A stretch of 64,000 nt of DNA, from IMG/VR virus record IMGVR_UViG_3300037071_003688; one strand, 5' to 3'. Position 1 is the stretch's first letter. Each line of letters starts with the position of its first letter. Source of the stretch: a virus. Under the pieces are notes generated by a model that searched no databases, had not been told where the DNA came from, and saw only the letters and a program-made list of their open reading frames with translations. A program made the position numbers and the translations under genes. This document shows, in pieces, positions 26,791 through 35,578 of the stretch.

Positions 26791-27357
26791 ATGGCGACCG
26801 TTGGCTATCCCGATCCGATCAGCGCGATCGACGCCGTCGTCGCATGTCTGCGGATCCCCAACTTCGTGGTCCACACCGGCTCGCTCAACTCGGGACTCAC
26901 CATCCCGTGTTGCGCGTCCGGCTGTCAAGGCGATTGCCCGCACGGTGTGCTGCGCGTCGAGACCGGTGACACGACACCGAAGGACGGCCTCCCGGTGGCG
27001 ATGATCATGAGCGGCAAGTGCGCGGCGCCGCTCGTGCAGGAGATCGTCGTCAACTATCGCGAGTGCTTCCCATCGAACCTCGGCAAGGCGGCGACGCCGA
27101 CCGCGGAACTGACCGCGGCCGGACTGTCGGTCGTGATGTCATGGTGGGCCGCGCTGCAACGGTTGTGGGCGTGCGGCACGCCGACCCAGCAACGCCTGCG
27201 GTTCGTGCGTCGCTCCGACTCGGAACCCCTCGGCCAATGCGCCGGGTGGACGCTCGTGCTCGAATGCGACCTCGTCAACTGCCTGCCGACACCGGTCGTC
27301 GCCGGTGGCTTGTCGATCACCGTTCCACCGGCTGACCTGGGTGTGGCGCCGGTCTGA
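26791..27357 (+). CDS. Tail terminator-like protein with a C-terminal copy of the fibre repeat
   Basis: Cys-rich, REC.P and PLGQCAGW motifs; position in neck cluster; ends LSITVPPADLGVAPV. Confidence 0.6.
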   Translation: MATVGYPDPISAIDAVVACLRIPNFVVHTGSLNSGLTIPCCASGCQGDCPHGVLRVETGDTTPKDGLPVAMIMSGKCAAPLVQEIVVNYRECFPSNLGKAATPTAELTAAGLSVVMSWWAALQRLWACGTPTQQRLRFVRRSDSEPLGQCAGWTLVLECDLVNCLPTPVVAGGLSITVPPADLGVAPV

Positions 27358-27530
27358 TGCGGTACGTGCTGATCGTCTCCCCGTTCCTGACCGCACCGAA
27401 GGGCACCATCGTGTCCCAGGATCGGCTCGGCATGACCGACGACAAGCTGGACGAGTTCATCGAGGCGGGGTTCGCCATCGAGTGTGAGATCGAGGAAGTC
27501 GATGGCGACGGTCACGACCAACACGCGTGA
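27357..27530 (+). CDS. Small hypothetical protein (57 aa, MRYVLIVSPFLTAPKG...)
   Basis: TGATG coupling; good codon usage; not in the ORF track. Confidence 0.6.
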   Translation: MRYVLIVSPFLTAPKGTIVSQDRLGMTDDKLDEFIEAGFAIECEIEEVDGDGHDQHA

Positions 27531-27897
27531 ACTCGACGCGTTCTACAACGACGTCGCGATCCAATACTTCGATGAGATCGACCCGATCGTGCAGGCACGG
27601 TTCCGCAGCGAGGTCCCCGTCGACACCGGTCTGTTGCGTTCCCGCCATCGCCGCTTGAAGGTGATCCGCGACCGCGGCCGGTGGGTCGGGCGGTGGGTGG
27701 CGCCGACCGGCTACGACCTGTTCGTCCACGACGGCACCGGCGAACGCGCCAAGGCGTCAGCCGGACCGCAGACCATCAAGCGGTTGAACGCCCGGGTCGT
27801 GATGCGAGTCCACCCCGGCCAGCGCGCCAACCCGTGGCTGTACCGCAGTCTCGTGCGGCTGGGTTTCCCGGGCGCCGTGTGGATCAAGTCCAGATGA
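27502..27897 (+). CDS. HK97 gp10-like neck/tail-completion protein
   Basis: PVDTGLLRS, YDLFVHDGT, HPGQRANPWL motifs. Confidence 0.8.
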   Translation: MATVTTNTRELDAFYNDVAIQYFDEIDPIVQARFRSEVPVDTGLLRSRHRRLKVIRDRGRWVGRWVAPTGYDLFVHDGTGERAKASAGPQTIKRLNARVVMRVHPGQRANPWLYRSLVRLGFPGAVWIKSR

Positions 27898-27934
27898 CAT
27901 CGGTGTAACTCTGGACGTGTAGTGTGTCGGGACT

Positions 27935-28504
27935 ATGGACACCCCGACCAACTCAGTGATGCGCTTCGGCGTCAGAACGCTCGGCAAAGGGATCGAATGG
28001 GGCTACGTCGACCCCGTCACGAAAGAACTCCGAACGGTCGAGTTCCACCCCAAGGTCGGCGTCACCTTCGAGGAGATCTTGGACTTCCAAGCCGCCCGCT
28101 CCGAGTTGATCCGTGACCTGCGCGCCGAAGCTCGCCGGATGCAAGCGGCCGTCGACGCGCTCGACCCGGAGGACCCGGAGATGGCGATGAAGGCGGAGGA
28201 GATCACACGCGGCGACCCCGACGCCGAACGCGAACGGTTCGAGCGCCAGGTCGACTCGGTGCTGATGCTGATCGTGGACGACGAACGCGCGTTGATGGGT
28301 CCACTCCTGCGCGCCGGACACCCGAACGAGATCCGGGAACTGATCAACCATCTGCAAACGGTCGTGATCACCAAGACCGCGACGCGGGTGGAGGCGGTAG
28401 CGAACGTGGACCCTACGTCGCCGCCTGCGCCTGTCGACTCATCCTCGACCGAGGACTCTGGACCCGTCTCCGAATCAAAGGTGGAACCAATCTCCGAGAC
28501 CTGA
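27935..28504 (+). CDS. Tail assembly chaperone (short form)
   Basis: Acidic helical protein ending DPT plus Ser/Pro-rich tail, overlapped by an open -1 frame. Confidence 0.7.
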   Translation: MDTPTNSVMRFGVRTLGKGIEWGYVDPVTKELRTVEFHPKVGVTFEEILDFQAARSELIRDLRAEARRMQAAVDALDPEDPEMAMKAEEITRGDPDAERERFERQVDSVLMLIVDDERALMGPLLRAGHPNEIRELINHLQTVVITKTATRVEAVANVDPTSPPAPVDSSSTEDSGPVSESKVEPISET

Positions 28505-28722
28505 GCTACGCCGACGCGGCGCTCGTCGCGTTGACGTACATGGAGATGGCGTACCCGAACGATCTGGAACGCGCCGGTGAATGGCGCAAGATGGCGGAGC
28601 GGATGCACATCCCGCTCGATGAGGATCCACAGTTGAAGGCCGATCGTCGCAAGCGGGTGCAGGCGGACCTCGAAGCAATGTTCGGTCCAATGGTGGCCCC
28701 GGGTACTACGGTGGAGGAGTAG
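28408..28722 (+). other. -1 frameshift extension of the tail assembly chaperone (slip at GGACCCTAC)
   Basis: The -1 frame reads GPYVAACACRLILDRGLWTRLRIKGGTNLRDLSYADAALVALTY... to a stop at 28722, with no good independent start. Confidence 0.65.
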
Positions 28723-28738
28723 CCCACGAGGAGGAGTC

Positions 28739-29155
28739 ATGGACGAACTGCACGAGCGAGCCAGCGAACTCGACATCAAAGGCCGCAGCAAGATGAGCAA
28801 CGAGGAACTCGAAGCTGCGATCGCTGATCACGACGCCGCTCTCGAACGCGCCGCCGAACTCAACGTCCGAGGACGGACGAAGATGACGGCCGAGGAACTA
28901 CAGGACGCGATCGCCGCCGCCGAAGCCAAGCTCGGCGACCAGCCGCAGCCCGAGATCGTGCCCGGCGAGATGTACCCGCACACGCCAGCGATCCCACCGA
29001 CCGGCGAAGGCGACATGGGCTACAGCCCGGCGCCCGAGAACCTGCCATCGGTCCCCTCGATCGAACTGCCGTCGAGCGTCCACGACTACTCGGGCGGCAC
29101 GCACACCGTCGTGTCCGTCCCGGTCCCGATCCCCGGACCGCCCGGGGCTGGCTGA
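28739..29155 (+). CDS. Protein with two Rho-N/HeH-like domains and an acidic Pro-rich tail
   Basis: ELHERASELDIKGRSKMSNEELEAAI and LERAAELNVRGRTKMTAEELQDAI; RBS GAGGAGG. Confidence 0.8.
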   Translation: MDELHERASELDIKGRSKMSNEELEAAIADHDAALERAAELNVRGRTKMTAEELQDAIAAAEAKLGDQPQPEIVPGEMYPHTPAIPPTGEGDMGYSPAPENLPSVPSIELPSSVHDYSGGTHTVVSVPVPIPGPPGAG

Positions 29156-29373
29156 TGGCTGGGTGCGGTTGCAACGGCAGCAACGTCGACGCCATCTTGA
29201 ACAACGAGCAGGTGCCGCAACCATTGGCCCGGAACTCCTCGATCGAGTACGTCGTCCGCTTCGCTGACGGCTCCTACTCGGAGGAGTTGCCGTCGATGGA
29301 GGAGGCGTTCCAGGTGGCCGCGGCCCTCGGCGGGCAAGCCCGCGCGAGAGCCAAGGTGCCAGCGACCGCCTGA
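29155..29373 (+). CDS. Small MxGCGC-type virion-associated protein
   Basis: MAGCGC N-terminus; YVVRFADG...EA...GG motif; TGATG coupling. Confidence 0.65.
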   Translation: MAGCGCNGSNVDAILNNEQVPQPLARNSSIEYVVRFADGSYSEELPSMEEAFQVAAALGGQARARAKVPATA

Positions 29374-29374
29374 C

Positions 29375-30067
29375 TCAGGGCAACGTCCGGGTCTTGACCT
29401 TCGGGTCCGGCGTCTCGGTGACGGTGCCGTCGTCGTCAATGTCGACCGGACCGGCGAACGCCGCGGCGACAGCGACGTCCCCGCCGCGGACGGCGCCGAT
29501 CGTGTCGGACAGGTGAGCCGTGCTCACCGTCATGCCCTTCGCCGAGCCGCTCGACCGATGCACGTTCTGGCCCATCTGAGTTCCGGCGTACGCCTGCGAC
29601 GCACCCCACGCTGCCGGGCCGGACGCCATGAACACGAACGTCCACCCCCACTTGTCGGTCTGCTCGTTGATCATCGCGTTGACCTGCTCTTGCGTGTACT
29701 CGCGGGAGGCGTTCTCGAAGCCGTCCGTCTGGACGACGAAGATCACCTTGCCCGGTCGCTCATCCTCGGAGAGCGCGGCGAGGCGCTCGCCGGTGACCAC
29801 GATCCCCTTGCCGACTGCGTCGCGCAGCGGCGTGTTGCCGCGAGGCACGAGCTTGTACTCGACGCTGTCTTGGATCTGGCCGTCGTACACGGTGCGGAAC
29901 GGGTCCTGGTCATCGAAGTCCACGAGCAGCAACGAGCACTGGTCGGGCAGCTTGCGCTGGTCATCGAGGAAGGCGTTGATCGCCCCCTCGGCATCCGACA
30001 GGATGCTCCGCATGGAGCCGGTCCGGTCAGCGATGAGGGTGATGTGGGTAGCGTTGGGATTGGTCAT
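29375..30067 (-). CDS. vWA-domain protein
   Basis: MIDAS-like DRTGSM, PRGNTPLRDAVG, TDGFENASREY; RBS AGGAG before ATG 30067. Confidence 0.88.
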   Translation of the reverse strand: MTNPNATHITLIADRTGSMRSILSDAEGAINAFLDDQRKLPDQCSLLLVDFDDQDPFRTVYDGQIQDSVEYKLVPRGNTPLRDAVGKGIVVTGERLAALSEDERPGKVIFVVQTDGFENASREYTQEQVNAMINEQTDKWGWTFVFMASGPAAWGASQAYAGTQMGQNVHRSSGSAKGMTVSTAHLSDTIGAVRGGDVAVAAAFAGPVDIDDDGTVTETPDPKVKTRTLP

Positions 30068-30129
30068 GCGCAGTCTCCTGGTCTGGGGTTCCGTGAGCGT
30101 ACACCATCCCGACGACACCTGCAACACAG

Positions 30130-30159
30130 TTGACAAACCGGGGACAACCTGCGCATAAT
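30130..30159 (+). promoter_or_regulatory. Early sigma70-type promoter, copy 1
   Basis: TTGACA-N18-CATAAT; near-identical to 54024 and 54598. Confidence 0.85.
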
Positions 30160-30203
30160 GTCAGTGGAGAGGGGGATCCTCTCCGGAAAGGGAAACCACC
30201 ACC

Positions 30204-30586
30204 ATGAACGAATGGCACGGCCGAGACGGCACGTTCATTCCGACGAAGCCACCGCCCGACCCGAAGGACGGTTGATCGCGATGGTATTCCTCGAAACCCT
30301 CGCCGTCCTCGTGCTGATCTTCGTCGGCACGCTCGACGTGCCCGGTCGACTTGCCGCTGTCGAAGCCCGATGAACCGCCCGACCGACACCATCGAGACAC
30401 CCGAGGACGGGGAGCCGAGCGACGTGTACGACCGGCTCGCCTGGGAGTACGAGTGGATCGAGGAGAACGCCGAGGAGAACGATGAAACCACACGACCCGA
30501 ATAACACGACCCGCCCCACCAAGTTCGTGGGCGGCGCCGGTCATTGGGCGAAGCGTGGCTCGAAGAAACCGAAGACCAAGAAATGA
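30204..30586 (+). other. Cluster of four micro-ORFs (30204-30275, 30281-30373, 30370-30504, 30482-30586)
   Basis: First ORF has the strong GAAAGGGAAACCACCACC RBS; peptides of 23, 30, 44 and 34 aa, closely spaced or overlapping. Confidence 0.5.
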
Positions 30587-30601
30587 AAGGAAACCACCAC
30601 A

Positions 30602-30889
30602 ATGGGACGTCATAACGCCGAAGGCTTCGCCGAGGCCGTCGCCGAAGGCACCTGCTCGCTGCGCGCCGCACTCAGTTGGCACCTGACCTCAAACCACTTC
30701 CCGCCCGTGCCGACGAGCATGATCGAGCCGTGCCTGGAAGCCATCGAGGCGTGCAACGAGGAAGACTGGGAGCGTGAGATCGCGTTGCCTGGGGCGATCA
30801 CCTTCCGGGGAGTGCGCACGGCGCCCGCCAACGCGATTGTCGAGGCTCACCACCTCGATTCGTTCCTCGGAGACGACGATGACGACTAA
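30602..30889 (+). CDS. Conserved phage hypothetical protein (WHLxxNHFPPVP...HHL)
   Basis: Repeated strong RBS motif; His-rich conserved-looking motifs. Confidence 0.8.
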   Translation: MGRHNAEGFAEAVAEGTCSLRAALSWHLTSNHFPPVPTSMIEPCLEAIEACNEEDWEREIALPGAITFRGVRTAPANAIVEAHHLDSFLGDDDDD

Positions 30890-31091
30890 GACCCGCATCT
30901 ACCGCTACGAGCCAGTCCTGTTCGACATGTTCACCAAGCGCGCCGTCGAGATCCCTGACGGCGCCCGGCTCGTGAAGACGCAACCATTCGGCTGCCCGAA
31001 GAACGGGACGATGGGTATGTGCTACGTCGAAGACGCCGACACCGGCGGGTTCTACGGACTCGTGATGCTCAACTCGCTCGTCCGGGCGTAA
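30879..31091 (+). CDS. Hypothetical protein (70 aa, MTTKTRIYRY...)
   Basis: GCPxxxTMGMCYV...GLVxxNSL motif; overlaps the previous gene. Confidence 0.7.
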   Translation: MTTKTRIYRYEPVLFDMFTKRAVEIPDGARLVKTQPFGCPKNGTMGMCYVEDADTGGFYGLVMLNSLVRA

Positions 31092-31150
31092 CTGTCGCAC
31101 CCCTCGCGTAGTCTGCAACTCATGACCGCCCGTCTTGTGTGTTGCGACTA

Positions 31151-31612
31151 ATGCGACCGCCCGTTGCCCAGGACTTCATTGAGTCCGTTCTGCTGTCGGC
31201 TACCGATGAGTGCATCGAGTGGCCCTACGCCCTGACCCACAACGGTTACCCGCAGATGATGAGGCGCGACAATCAGCGGACGGTACGGGTGACGATCTTC
31301 GTCTGCGAGCAGGTGCATGGTCCCCGTCCGGCGGGCCGCGTCGACGCTGCGCATAGCTGCGGGATCCGGCGATGCGTGAACCCTCGCCATCTTCGCTGGG
31401 CGACTCGACGCGAGAACGAGGCTGACAAGCTGCTCCACGGCACGCTACGAACCGGCGTACGGGCACCGCAGGCCAAGCTGACGCAATCACAGGTTGATGA
31501 CGCTCGGCGTCGCTTTGCCGCGGGGACTGTTACGCAGGGTCAACTGGCAATCGAGTTCAAGATGAACCAAGCGGCGATCAGCCGCATGATCAGAGGAATG
31601 ACGTACAGATGA
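31151..31612 (+). CDS. HNH homing endonuclease with C-terminal HTH
   Basis: DECIEWP, HSCGIRRCVNPRHLRWATRRENEAD, AKLT...HTH; less GC3-biased codons than its neighbours. Confidence 0.9.
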   Translation: MRPPVAQDFIESVLLSATDECIEWPYALTHNGYPQMMRRDNQRTVRVTIFVCEQVHGPRPAGRVDAAHSCGIRRCVNPRHLRWATRRENEADKLLHGTLRTGVRAPQAKLTQSQVDDARRRFAAGTVTQGQLAIEFKMNQAAISRMIRGMTYR

Positions 31613-32211
31613 GCGAAGGCGCGCCCACCGTCGAGGATCAGATCGAAGCCGTCCTTTCGGGACCTGAACCGGCCTATTCGGAAACCCCCGACAAGGCGAT
31701 CCCTGCCGAACAGGTGACGGCGATGTACTACCTGCGTCGCCTCCACCGTCTGCGCGCAGAGCGGGAGCGCATCGAGGCGATGTTCGACACGCTGATCGAG
31801 GAACTCAACGACCGTCGCGGCTCGCAGGTCGATCCGATCAAGGCCACCATCGACTGGTTGGAGCAGGCACTCGCACTGTGGCATCACGCCCGCATCCAAG
31901 AGGACCCGAAGGCGCTCACCATCCAACTCCCGTCCGGCACGCTGCGCTCCTCCAAAGCCCAGCCGCGCTGGACGTACGACGACGCCGCAGCGTTCCTCGA
32001 ATGGGCGAGGAAGAACGCCACCGCCGCGATCCGCACCCCGGAGGTCAAAGAGGAGATCGCCAAGAACGAGGCGAAGAAAGTCCTCGACCCGATCATCCAG
32101 GTGGTCGACGGGCGAGCCATTGTGACAGAGACCGGCGAGAAGGTCCCCGGCTTGAAGATCGAACCCGGCGGCGACTACGACTTGGGTCGCTTCTACGCAG
32201 CGGAGGCATGA
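31609..32211 (+). CDS. gam: Mu Gam-like host-nuclease inhibitor (DNA-end protection)
   Basis: Coiled coil then TIQLPSGTL...WTYDD...EIAKNEAKK...TETGEKVPGLKIE. Confidence 0.8.
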   Translation: MSEGAPTVEDQIEAVLSGPEPAYSETPDKAIPAEQVTAMYYLRRLHRLRAERERIEAMFDTLIEELNDRRGSQVDPIKATIDWLEQALALWHHARIQEDPKALTIQLPSGTLRSSKAQPRWTYDDAAAFLEWARKNATAAIRTPEVKEEIAKNEAKKVLDPIIQVVDGRAIVTETGEKVPGLKIEPGGDYDLGRFYAAEA

Positions 32212-33434
32212 CCATGACCGACACCCCCCACCCGGCCGAAACCGCGCAACCACCGCGCGGCTTCGCGCCCGCAGTGCGCGAACGCCACCATGCGCGCGTC
32301 GCCGTCGAGGGACCGAAAGGCGCAGGCAAGTCGCGGCTCGCGTTGCAGTGGGCGCGGATCCTCGCCGGTGACAACCCGATCGCGGCAATCGACACCGAGC
32401 ACCGTCGTCTCGCCGCCTACGCTCCCGGGCCGGGTGAGCAGGTCAGCGAGAACCCGAACATGCCGCCGTGGGACTTCTGGCATCACGGCTGGGCCGGTCC
32501 ATTCGACCCGGTCGCGCTCGTGCGGAAAGCCGAGGCAGCCGCCGACGCGGTCGGCCCGAGCGGTGTCGTGCTGATCGACTCGCTGACGCCGTTCTGGTCC
32601 GGGCGTGGCGGCATCCAGGACATTGTCGACTCGTCACCATCGGGCTGGAAGGTCGGCTCGCCGGTGCATCGCGACATGCTCGACTCGCTGTCGCGGCTGC
32701 CGTGCCACTTGATCGTGACGATCCGCTCCAAGACCGAGTACGCGATCGAGGAGAAGGATGTCGGCGGGCGTGTCGTGCCCACCATGCGCCGGATCGGCGG
32801 CGCCCCCGATCAACGGTTGGGGATCGACTTCGAGTTCGAGGTGATCGTGACCGTCGACCCCGACCACCGGTTCTCGGTGACCGCGTCGTCGTGCCCGGAC
32901 AACCTCACTCTCGCCAGTGCCGAGCCGGGCTACAGCGGCGACGTCGCGCAGGTCTACGCGCAGTGGATCGAGGGCGGCATCGAACGGATCGCCCGCCGCG
33001 ACGTGAACGCGATCCTCGGCCAGTTCGATCTGGTTGATGACCCGCCCGAGCGGACGAAGATGAAGACCGACTTCGTCGCCGCGTTCGGCCCGCCGGACGA
33101 TCTGCTCGCCGACGACGCCGCCGCAGCGTTCGAGTGGGTCAAGGAACGTGTCGACGCCTGGCTGGCGCCACCGGAGATCCGGCCCACCATCACCGAGCCG
33201 ACCGGCCCGGCCGAGCAGCCGACGCTGCCCGACGCCGAAGCGCCAACGGATGAGGAGGTCCCGTTCGTCGGCGACGGACTCGAAGGACGCGACAAGGTGG
33301 ATCTGCTCCACATCGCACGCACGCTCGGCGTCGAGGTCGACGGCCGTTGGGGCGTCTCGCGGATCGCCGCCGCCATCCGCGAGAACCTCCCCGCCGAAGC
33401 CGCCGCAGAGGCCGAGGAACCCAGCGTCGCGTAG
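32208..33434 (+). CDS. Sak4-like AAA ATPase/recombinase with a C-terminal HeH-like domain
   Basis: Walker A GPKGAGKS, IDTE, LIDSLT.FW.G.GG, TIRSKTEY, DFEFE; ATGA start 32208. Confidence 0.85.
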   Translation: MTMTDTPHPAETAQPPRGFAPAVRERHHARVAVEGPKGAGKSRLALQWARILAGDNPIAAIDTEHRRLAAYAPGPGEQVSENPNMPPWDFWHHGWAGPFDPVALVRKAEAAADAVGPSGVVLIDSLTPFWSGRGGIQDIVDSSPSGWKVGSPVHRDMLDSLSRLPCHLIVTIRSKTEYAIEEKDVGGRVVPTMRRIGGAPDQRLGIDFEFEVIVTVDPDHRFSVTASSCPDNLTLASAEPGYSGDVAQVYAQWIEGGIERIARRDVNAILGQFDLVDDPPERTKMKTDFVAAFGPPDDLLADDAAAAFEWVKERVDAWLAPPEIRPTITEPTGPAEQPTLPDAEAPTDEEVPFVGDGLEGRDKVDLLHIARTLGVEVDGRWGVSRIAAAIRENLPAEAAAEAEEPSVA

Positions 33435-33450
33435 TAGCGTTCGGCGTCAG

Positions 33451-33879
33451 ATGAAGCGCAGCGGCCTACCCAAGCGACGCACCCCGCTTCCCCGAGCAAC
33501 GGCCCCGTTGAAGTCCCACAAGCCGTGGCCCGACCCGACCAAACCGCGCCGCCCGATCAAACGTCAATCCGACAAGCGACGGGCGGAGCAGCCCGAGCGT
33601 GATCGGGTGCGCGAGGAGACGTTGCGTCGCGCCGGGTACCGCTGCGAACTGGCCGACATCGTCCCGGAGGTCAAGTGCTGGCATCCGGACGGACGCTTCG
33701 CGCTCGATGTCGATGAGAAGGCCGGACGTGGCGTGGCCCCCGGCTCGCATCTCGATGTCACCATCACGCAAGCGGTGTGCCGTGCGCATCACGATTGGAA
33801 GCAGATCAACCGCGACGAGGCCGAAGCTCGTGGCGTTCGGATGTCAGGAGCCGAGTATGAGCGACGACGCACAGCATGA
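33451..33879 (+). CDS. HNH-like nuclease, degenerate (MKR..LxRxTPL type)
   Basis: Basic N-terminus; RAGYRCE...C...VCRAHHDW. Confidence 0.65.
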   Translation: MKRSGLPKRRTPLPRATAPLKSHKPWPDPTKPRRPIKRQSDKRRAEQPERDRVREETLRRAGYRCELADIVPEVKCWHPDGRFALDVDEKAGRGVAPGSHLDVTITQAVCRAHHDWKQINRDEAEARGVRMSGAEYERRRTA

Positions 33880-34049
33880 CGAACTGGTGCAAGTCATACG
33901 ACAGGTGTACGTGTCGGACGACTACCCGGCGCTGGCTTCACTCGCGACCGGCGCAGGCCGGTTCCCGCACATGCAAGCCATCAACGAGGCAGCGCGGGCG
34001 TTGAACGAGATCGCCGGTCTCCGCGAGGATCTGGCAGCGGCGCGACGCC

Positions 34050-34478
34050 ATGAGTGACGCGCCGCGTGATCCGATTGCTGAACAGGACGAAGCCGCCCGG
34101 GTGTTCCTCGAACGCACCGGCCGCAAGTCGACCGACCCGGCGCCGCCCGGCATCCTCCACATGCGGATCACCCCGACCGCCGTGTTCGGCCGCTTCCCCG
34201 GCGGCACCGACCCTCGCGCCGCTGTCCATGCCGTGTTCTCCGAGATGTTCGAGGGCACGTTCGAGGAGGTCCCCGCCAGCGGCTACGCCCGCAAGGGCCA
34301 GAGCAAGTACCCGGACGCCATCGAGGCTGACGTGATTGAAGACGACACTGACTCGGAAGAATCGGGTCGCTGGCGGACGGAGGACGCGCCTCCCGATGGG
34401 AAGTGGACCGTGTCCTACGAGATCTGCGCGGAGGATGACCCAGGACCGGATGACCGCGGTGTAACTTCACCCGGGTAA
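34050..34478 (+). CDS. Hypothetical protein
   Basis: ORF within the coupled operon; acidic C-terminal half. Confidence 0.6.
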   Translation: MSDAPRDPIAEQDEAARVFLERTGRKSTDPAPPGILHMRITPTAVFGRFPGGTDPRAAVHAVFSEMFEGTFEEVPASGYARKGQSKYPDAIEADVIEDDTDSEESGRWRTEDAPPDGKWTVSYEICAEDDPGPDDRGVTSPG

Positions 34479-35578
34479 CTCGGATCCATCTCTACCCGGC
34501 TGACAACGGCGCCTGCGGAAACCTGCGGATGCGCTGGCCCGGCGAACTCGCGCGAGCCGCCGGATACGACGTGACGGTGTTCGAGCCGGGGCCGATGAAC
34601 TCGATGCCGGTGATGGTCGGCCTCGACCATCGAGGAGTCCCGCAGGCGAAGCTGACCGGCGAGATCGACTTCGACGTGGTCGTGTTCCAACGTCCGCTGG
34701 CGTGGCGCAACGTGTTCGCCATCCAACTCCTGCAACGCAACGGGGTGCGCTGCGTGGTCGAACTCGATGACGACCTGGCCTCGGTCCACGCCCAACATGA
34801 CGCGTTCGCCTATCTCAACCCGGCCACCCACCCGGAAGCCAACTCGCAGCACCTCGCGCGTTGCTGTATGCACGCCGACGCCGTGGTGGTCACCACACCG
34901 GCCCTGGCGCGTGCCTACGGGCAGAAACGGGCCGTGGTGGTCGAGAACCACATCCCACGCCGCTACCTCGCCGTAGAGGCCGACAGGGATCCGGATCTGG
35001 TCAGGATCGGTTGGACCGGCAAGATCGGCTCGCACGCCGGTGACCTCAACGTCCTGCAAGGCGCTATGTCGACGGTGCTGCGTTCGGAACCATCAGCGCG
35101 TCTGTGCGTGCTGGGCGACAACACCGGCGTCGACCGGGTGCTCGGCCTGCCGGATCCGCCTGAGCTTGTCGTCGGTGTCGGCATGGACCGCTACCCGTAC
35201 GAGGTCGCCCGCTTCGACATCGGCATCGCACCATTGGCCGACACGATGTTCAACCGCTCGAAGTCGTGGCTCAAACCGCTCGACTACGCCGCCACCGGCG
35301 TCCCGTTCGTGTGCTCCGGAACCGACGAGTACAAACGCTTCACCGCGCAGGGTTGCGGCAACATCGCCGAACGCTCCCGACAATGGGTCAGCGCGCTGCG
35401 CCGCCTCATCCAGTCACCATCGCTGCGCGCCGAGCAAGCCGAAGCGGGACGCGAAGTCGCGGCCCGGTGGGTGATGGAAGACCACGTCGACCGCTACGTC
35501 GAGGCGTGGGCCGGAACTTGTGTCGCCGGGACGCGCGATACTGCTGCACCGATGGCAACGACAGAGAGGACACCATGA
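34475..35578 (+). CDS. GT4 (GT-B) glycosyltransferase; N-terminus lacks a canonical start
   Basis: HLYPADNGACGNLRMRWP, VVFQR, ELDDDL, IGWTG..SHAGDL, DIGIAPL...FNRSKSWLKPLDY. Confidence 0.85.
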   Translation, partial: VTRIHLYPADNGACGNLRMRWPGELARAAGYDVTVFEPGPMNSMPVMVGLDHRGVPQAKLTGEIDFDVVVFQRPLAWRNVFAIQLLQRNGVRCVVELDDDLASVHAQHDAFAYLNPATHPEANSQHLARCCMHADAVVVTTPALARAYGQKRAVVVENHIPRRYLAVEADRDPDLVRIGWTGKIGSHAGDLNVLQGAMSTVLRSEPSARLCVLGDNTGVDRVLGLPDPPELVVGVGMDRYPYEVARFDIGIAPLADTMFNRSKSWLKPLDYAATGVPFVCSGTDEYKRFTAQGCGNIAERSRQWVSALRRLIQSPSLRAEQAEAGREVAARWVMEDHVDRYVEAWAGTCVAGTRDTAAPMATTERTP

